DNA from: Bradymonadia bacterium
GTDB lineage: Bacteria; Myxococcota_A; Bradymonadia; UBA7976; UBA1532
Length of the DNA stretch: 64,000 nt
Reading direction: 5' to 3'
Assembly: GCA_046290225.1 (NCBI GenBank)
Contig: JBKAGE010000041.1
Coordinates: 32,001 to 96,000, forward strand
Numbering within the stretch: the stretch's first letter is position 1; every line of letters begins with the position of its first letter. Positions 61,876 to 64,000 of the stretch are shown here, in pieces. The notes beneath the pieces are model-generated. The model saw nothing but the letters and a program-made list of their open reading frames with translations, was not told the origin of the DNA and made no database searches. The position numbers and the translations under genes were made by a program.

Positions 61876-62030
61876 GCGGAGCAGCCATGTCCATCTGTTG
61901 CGCGGTTGTCTGTTGACACCATGTAGTGGCCCTATGCCAATGTTTGATGTCATACATGTAATTTGGTGTGGTTTGCTCTGGGGGTAACACATATAATCCT
62001 GCACATCACTCCATCTGTGCAGGGCTCGCC

Positions 62031-64000
62031 ATGCCATTCTCCACTCGCAAAACACTCTCCTGGCTCGCTGCGTTGGGCATCCTCGGCACCGCCGGGGCCG
62101 CCCATGCCGTACATGCTTTTCACACCTGCGTCCTCTTTGATGATGGGCGCGTGAAGTGCTGGGGCTACAATGCCAATGGTCAGCTCGGCCAGGGCAATAC
62201 CACTGAGCGGGGCTCCGGCGCTGGCCAGATGGGTGACAGCATGCCCTTCGTGGATCTCGGCACCGGCCGCACGGCTGTGCAGCTCTCCACGAGCAAGCGC
62301 AACAGCTGCGCCATCCTCAACGATGGCGGGCTTAAGTGCTGGGGTGGCAACGATTACGGCATCTTCCCTTCGAGCAGCGGGTATCTCGGCAACCAGGCCG
62401 GTGAGATGGGCGACAACTTGCCCTACGTCAGCCTCGGCGCCGGTCGCACCGTCTCCGATGTCAGCATGGGCGCCGATCATGCCTGCGTGATCCTCGACAA
62501 TGGCGGAGTGAAATGCTGGGGCCGCAATGACTATGGTCAGCTGGGCCTCGGCGACACCAACAACCGCGGTGACAGCGCTGCGGAGATGGGCGACAGCCTG
62601 CCCTACGTCGATCTGGGCACCGGTCGCACCGCCACCGCCATCGCTGCGAGCCATCTGCACTCATGCGCAGTCCTCGACAATGGTCGGTTGAAGTGTTGGG
62701 GCTACAGTGCCAATGGCCAGCTCGGCCTCGGTGTCAACGAGTACCGCGGCAACCAGGCCGGTGAGATGGGCGACAACCTGCCCTATGTCGATCTGGGCAC
62801 CGACGGCAACGGGGATCCCTTGCTGGTCCGCGACGTGAGCATCGGGTGGGGCCTCACCTGCGCCTTGATGAACAGCGGTGACGTGAAGTGCTGGGGCGCC
62901 AACAGCCATGGCAAGCAAGGCCGGGGCGACACCACCGAGCGGGGCAACAACCCCGCCGATATGGGCAACAACCTGCCTGTCGTCGACCTGGGCACCGATG
63001 CTCAGGGCCAGCCCCACACCGCCACTCAGGTGCACGCCGACGTCAACAACGTGTGCGTGATCCTGAACGATGGTCGGGTGAAGTGCTGGGGCTACAATGT
63101 CTACGGCAACCTCGGCCTCGGCGACACCAGCGCCCGGGGCGACAACGCCAACGAGATGGGCGACAGCCTGCCCTACACCGAGCTCGGCACCGGCCGCACC
63201 GCCGTGACTCTGGCCCGCGGGATCAACCACAGCTGCGCGCTGCTCGACAACGGTGACGTGAAGTGCTGGGGCTACGATGGCAACGGTCGACTCGGCTATG
63301 GCACCAACGGATCACACCAGGGCAACGAGCCCAACGAGATGGGCGACAACCTCGCCACCGTGAGCCTCGGCACGGGGCTCACCGCTGTGGCGCTGAGCGG
63401 CAGGGCTGCGCCGTGTGCTGATCCTGATGGTGACGGCCTGTGTGGCGACGCCGACAACTGTCCGGCCACGGCAAACGCTGATCAAGCCGACGGCGACGCC
63501 GACGGTGTGGGTGATGCCTGTGATGTCTGCCCTGCTGATGGCACCAACGATGCTGATGGTGATGGTGTCTGCCAGGACGTGGACAACTGCCCCACCGTCG
63601 CCAATGCCGATCAGGCGGACAACAACGGCGATGGTTACGGCGATGCCTGTGTGAGCACCAGCGCCGACATCGATCCCACCGCCACCCTCGGCGACAACGT
63701 GATCATCGGCGCCGACGCGGTCATCGGCAGCTACGCCGACATCGGCGACGGCGCCACCATCAACGGCACCGTGGGCAACAGCGCGGTCATCGGCGCTGGC
63801 TCCGTGGTCCCTGCAGGGGTCACCGTGGGCAACGCTGCTCGTCTCGGTAGCAACGTGGGTCTCAGCGCTGGCTGCTCAGTGGAGGTGCTGGCGCGGCTGG
63901 GTGACAACATCACCGCTGGCGTCAATTGTGTCTTTGGCAGCAAGGCCGAGGTGGGCACCGGCAGCAGCTTTGGCGACAACACCAGCGTCGGCGTGCTGGC
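62031..64000 (+). CDS. Secreted RCC1-repeat / TSP3 / hexapeptide beta-helix protein (3' end beyond window)
   Basis: Not in ORF track. ATG 62031 MPFSTRKTLSWLAALGILGTAGAAHA; seven (V/L)KCWG..EMGD.LPYVDLG-type repeats; DNCP..ANADQAD; IDPTATLGDNVIIG hexapeptides in the same frame. Confidence 0.88.
   Translation, partial: MPFSTRKTLSWLAALGILGTAGAAHAVHAFHTCVLFDDGRVKCWGYNANGQLGQGNTTERGSGAGQMGDSMPFVDLGTGRTAVQLSTSKRNSCAILNDGGLKCWGGNDYGIFPSSSGYLGNQAGEMGDNLPYVSLGAGRTVSDVSMGADHACVILDNGGVKCWGRNDYGQLGLGDTNNRGDSAAEMGDSLPYVDLGTGRTATAIAASHLHSCAVLDNGRLKCWGYSANGQLGLGVNEYRGNQAGEMGDNLPYVDLGTDGNGDPLLVRDVSIGWGLTCALMNSGDVKCWGANSHGKQGRGDTTERGNNPADMGNNLPVVDLGTDAQGQPHTATQVHADVNNVCVILNDGRVKCWGYNVYGNLGLGDTSARGDNANEMGDSLPYTELGTGRTAVTLARGINHSCALLDNGDVKCWGYDGNGRLGYGTNGSHQGNEPNEMGDNLATVSLGTGLTAVALSGRAAPCADPDGDGLCGDADNCPATANADQADGDADGVGDACDVCPADGTNDADGDGVCQDVDNCPTVANADQADNNGDGYGDACVSTSADIDPTATLGDNVIIGADAVIGSYADIGDGATINGTVGNSAVIGAGSVVPAGVTVGNAARLGSNVGLSAGCSVEVLARLGDNITAGVNCVFGSKAEVGTGSSFGDNTSVGVL

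Noticed and set aside
61913..61941. TTGACA as a promoter for the RCC1 gene
   Set aside because: No acceptable -10 at 16-18 nt spacing; the TATAAT at 61992 lacks a matching -35.
54641..62055. Long minus-strand ORFs across the his operon
   Set aside because: High-GC antisense shadows of well-supported genes.

Overview
High-GC bacterial window, most consistent with a Myxococcota-type organism (tmRNA tag ANDDVELALAA, many Cys-rich lipoproteins, AgmX/PglI-C, FHA-DUF4388 and MYXO-CTERM-like proteins). Housekeeping content: a minus-strand block dnaG-rpoD-tRNA-Ile2(CAT)-Zn-ribbon gene-rnpB-smpB-ssrA, tatA, metZ, an iscS-like desulfurase, and a complete, heavily fused his operon (hisG, hisC::HAD, hisB, hisH::hisF, hisA::hisI::hisE, hisD) preceded by an unannotated His-rich leader peptide and attenuator. 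Best candidate for an undescribed system (33.7-41.2 kb, minus strand): a sigma54-type promoter with tandem palindromic enhancer-like sites upstream of a 1591-aa secreted protein built from two triads of phage receptor-binding-head-like domains, a lipoprotein TPR::secretin fusion with no other secretion genes in the window, and an invasin-Ig-like lipoprotein, followed by a kinase and sigma54 activator. Also present: a tandem lipoprotein paralog array with a probable CTG start and a deleted fourth copy, a 12-bp repeat/hairpin mini-array, thiaminase I, a RoxA-like dihaem cytochrome, a degenerate 5'-nucleotidase, and two large RCC1-repeat proteins truncated by the window edges and absent from the ORF track. 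All family assignments come from motif recognition by eye; no database searches were run.
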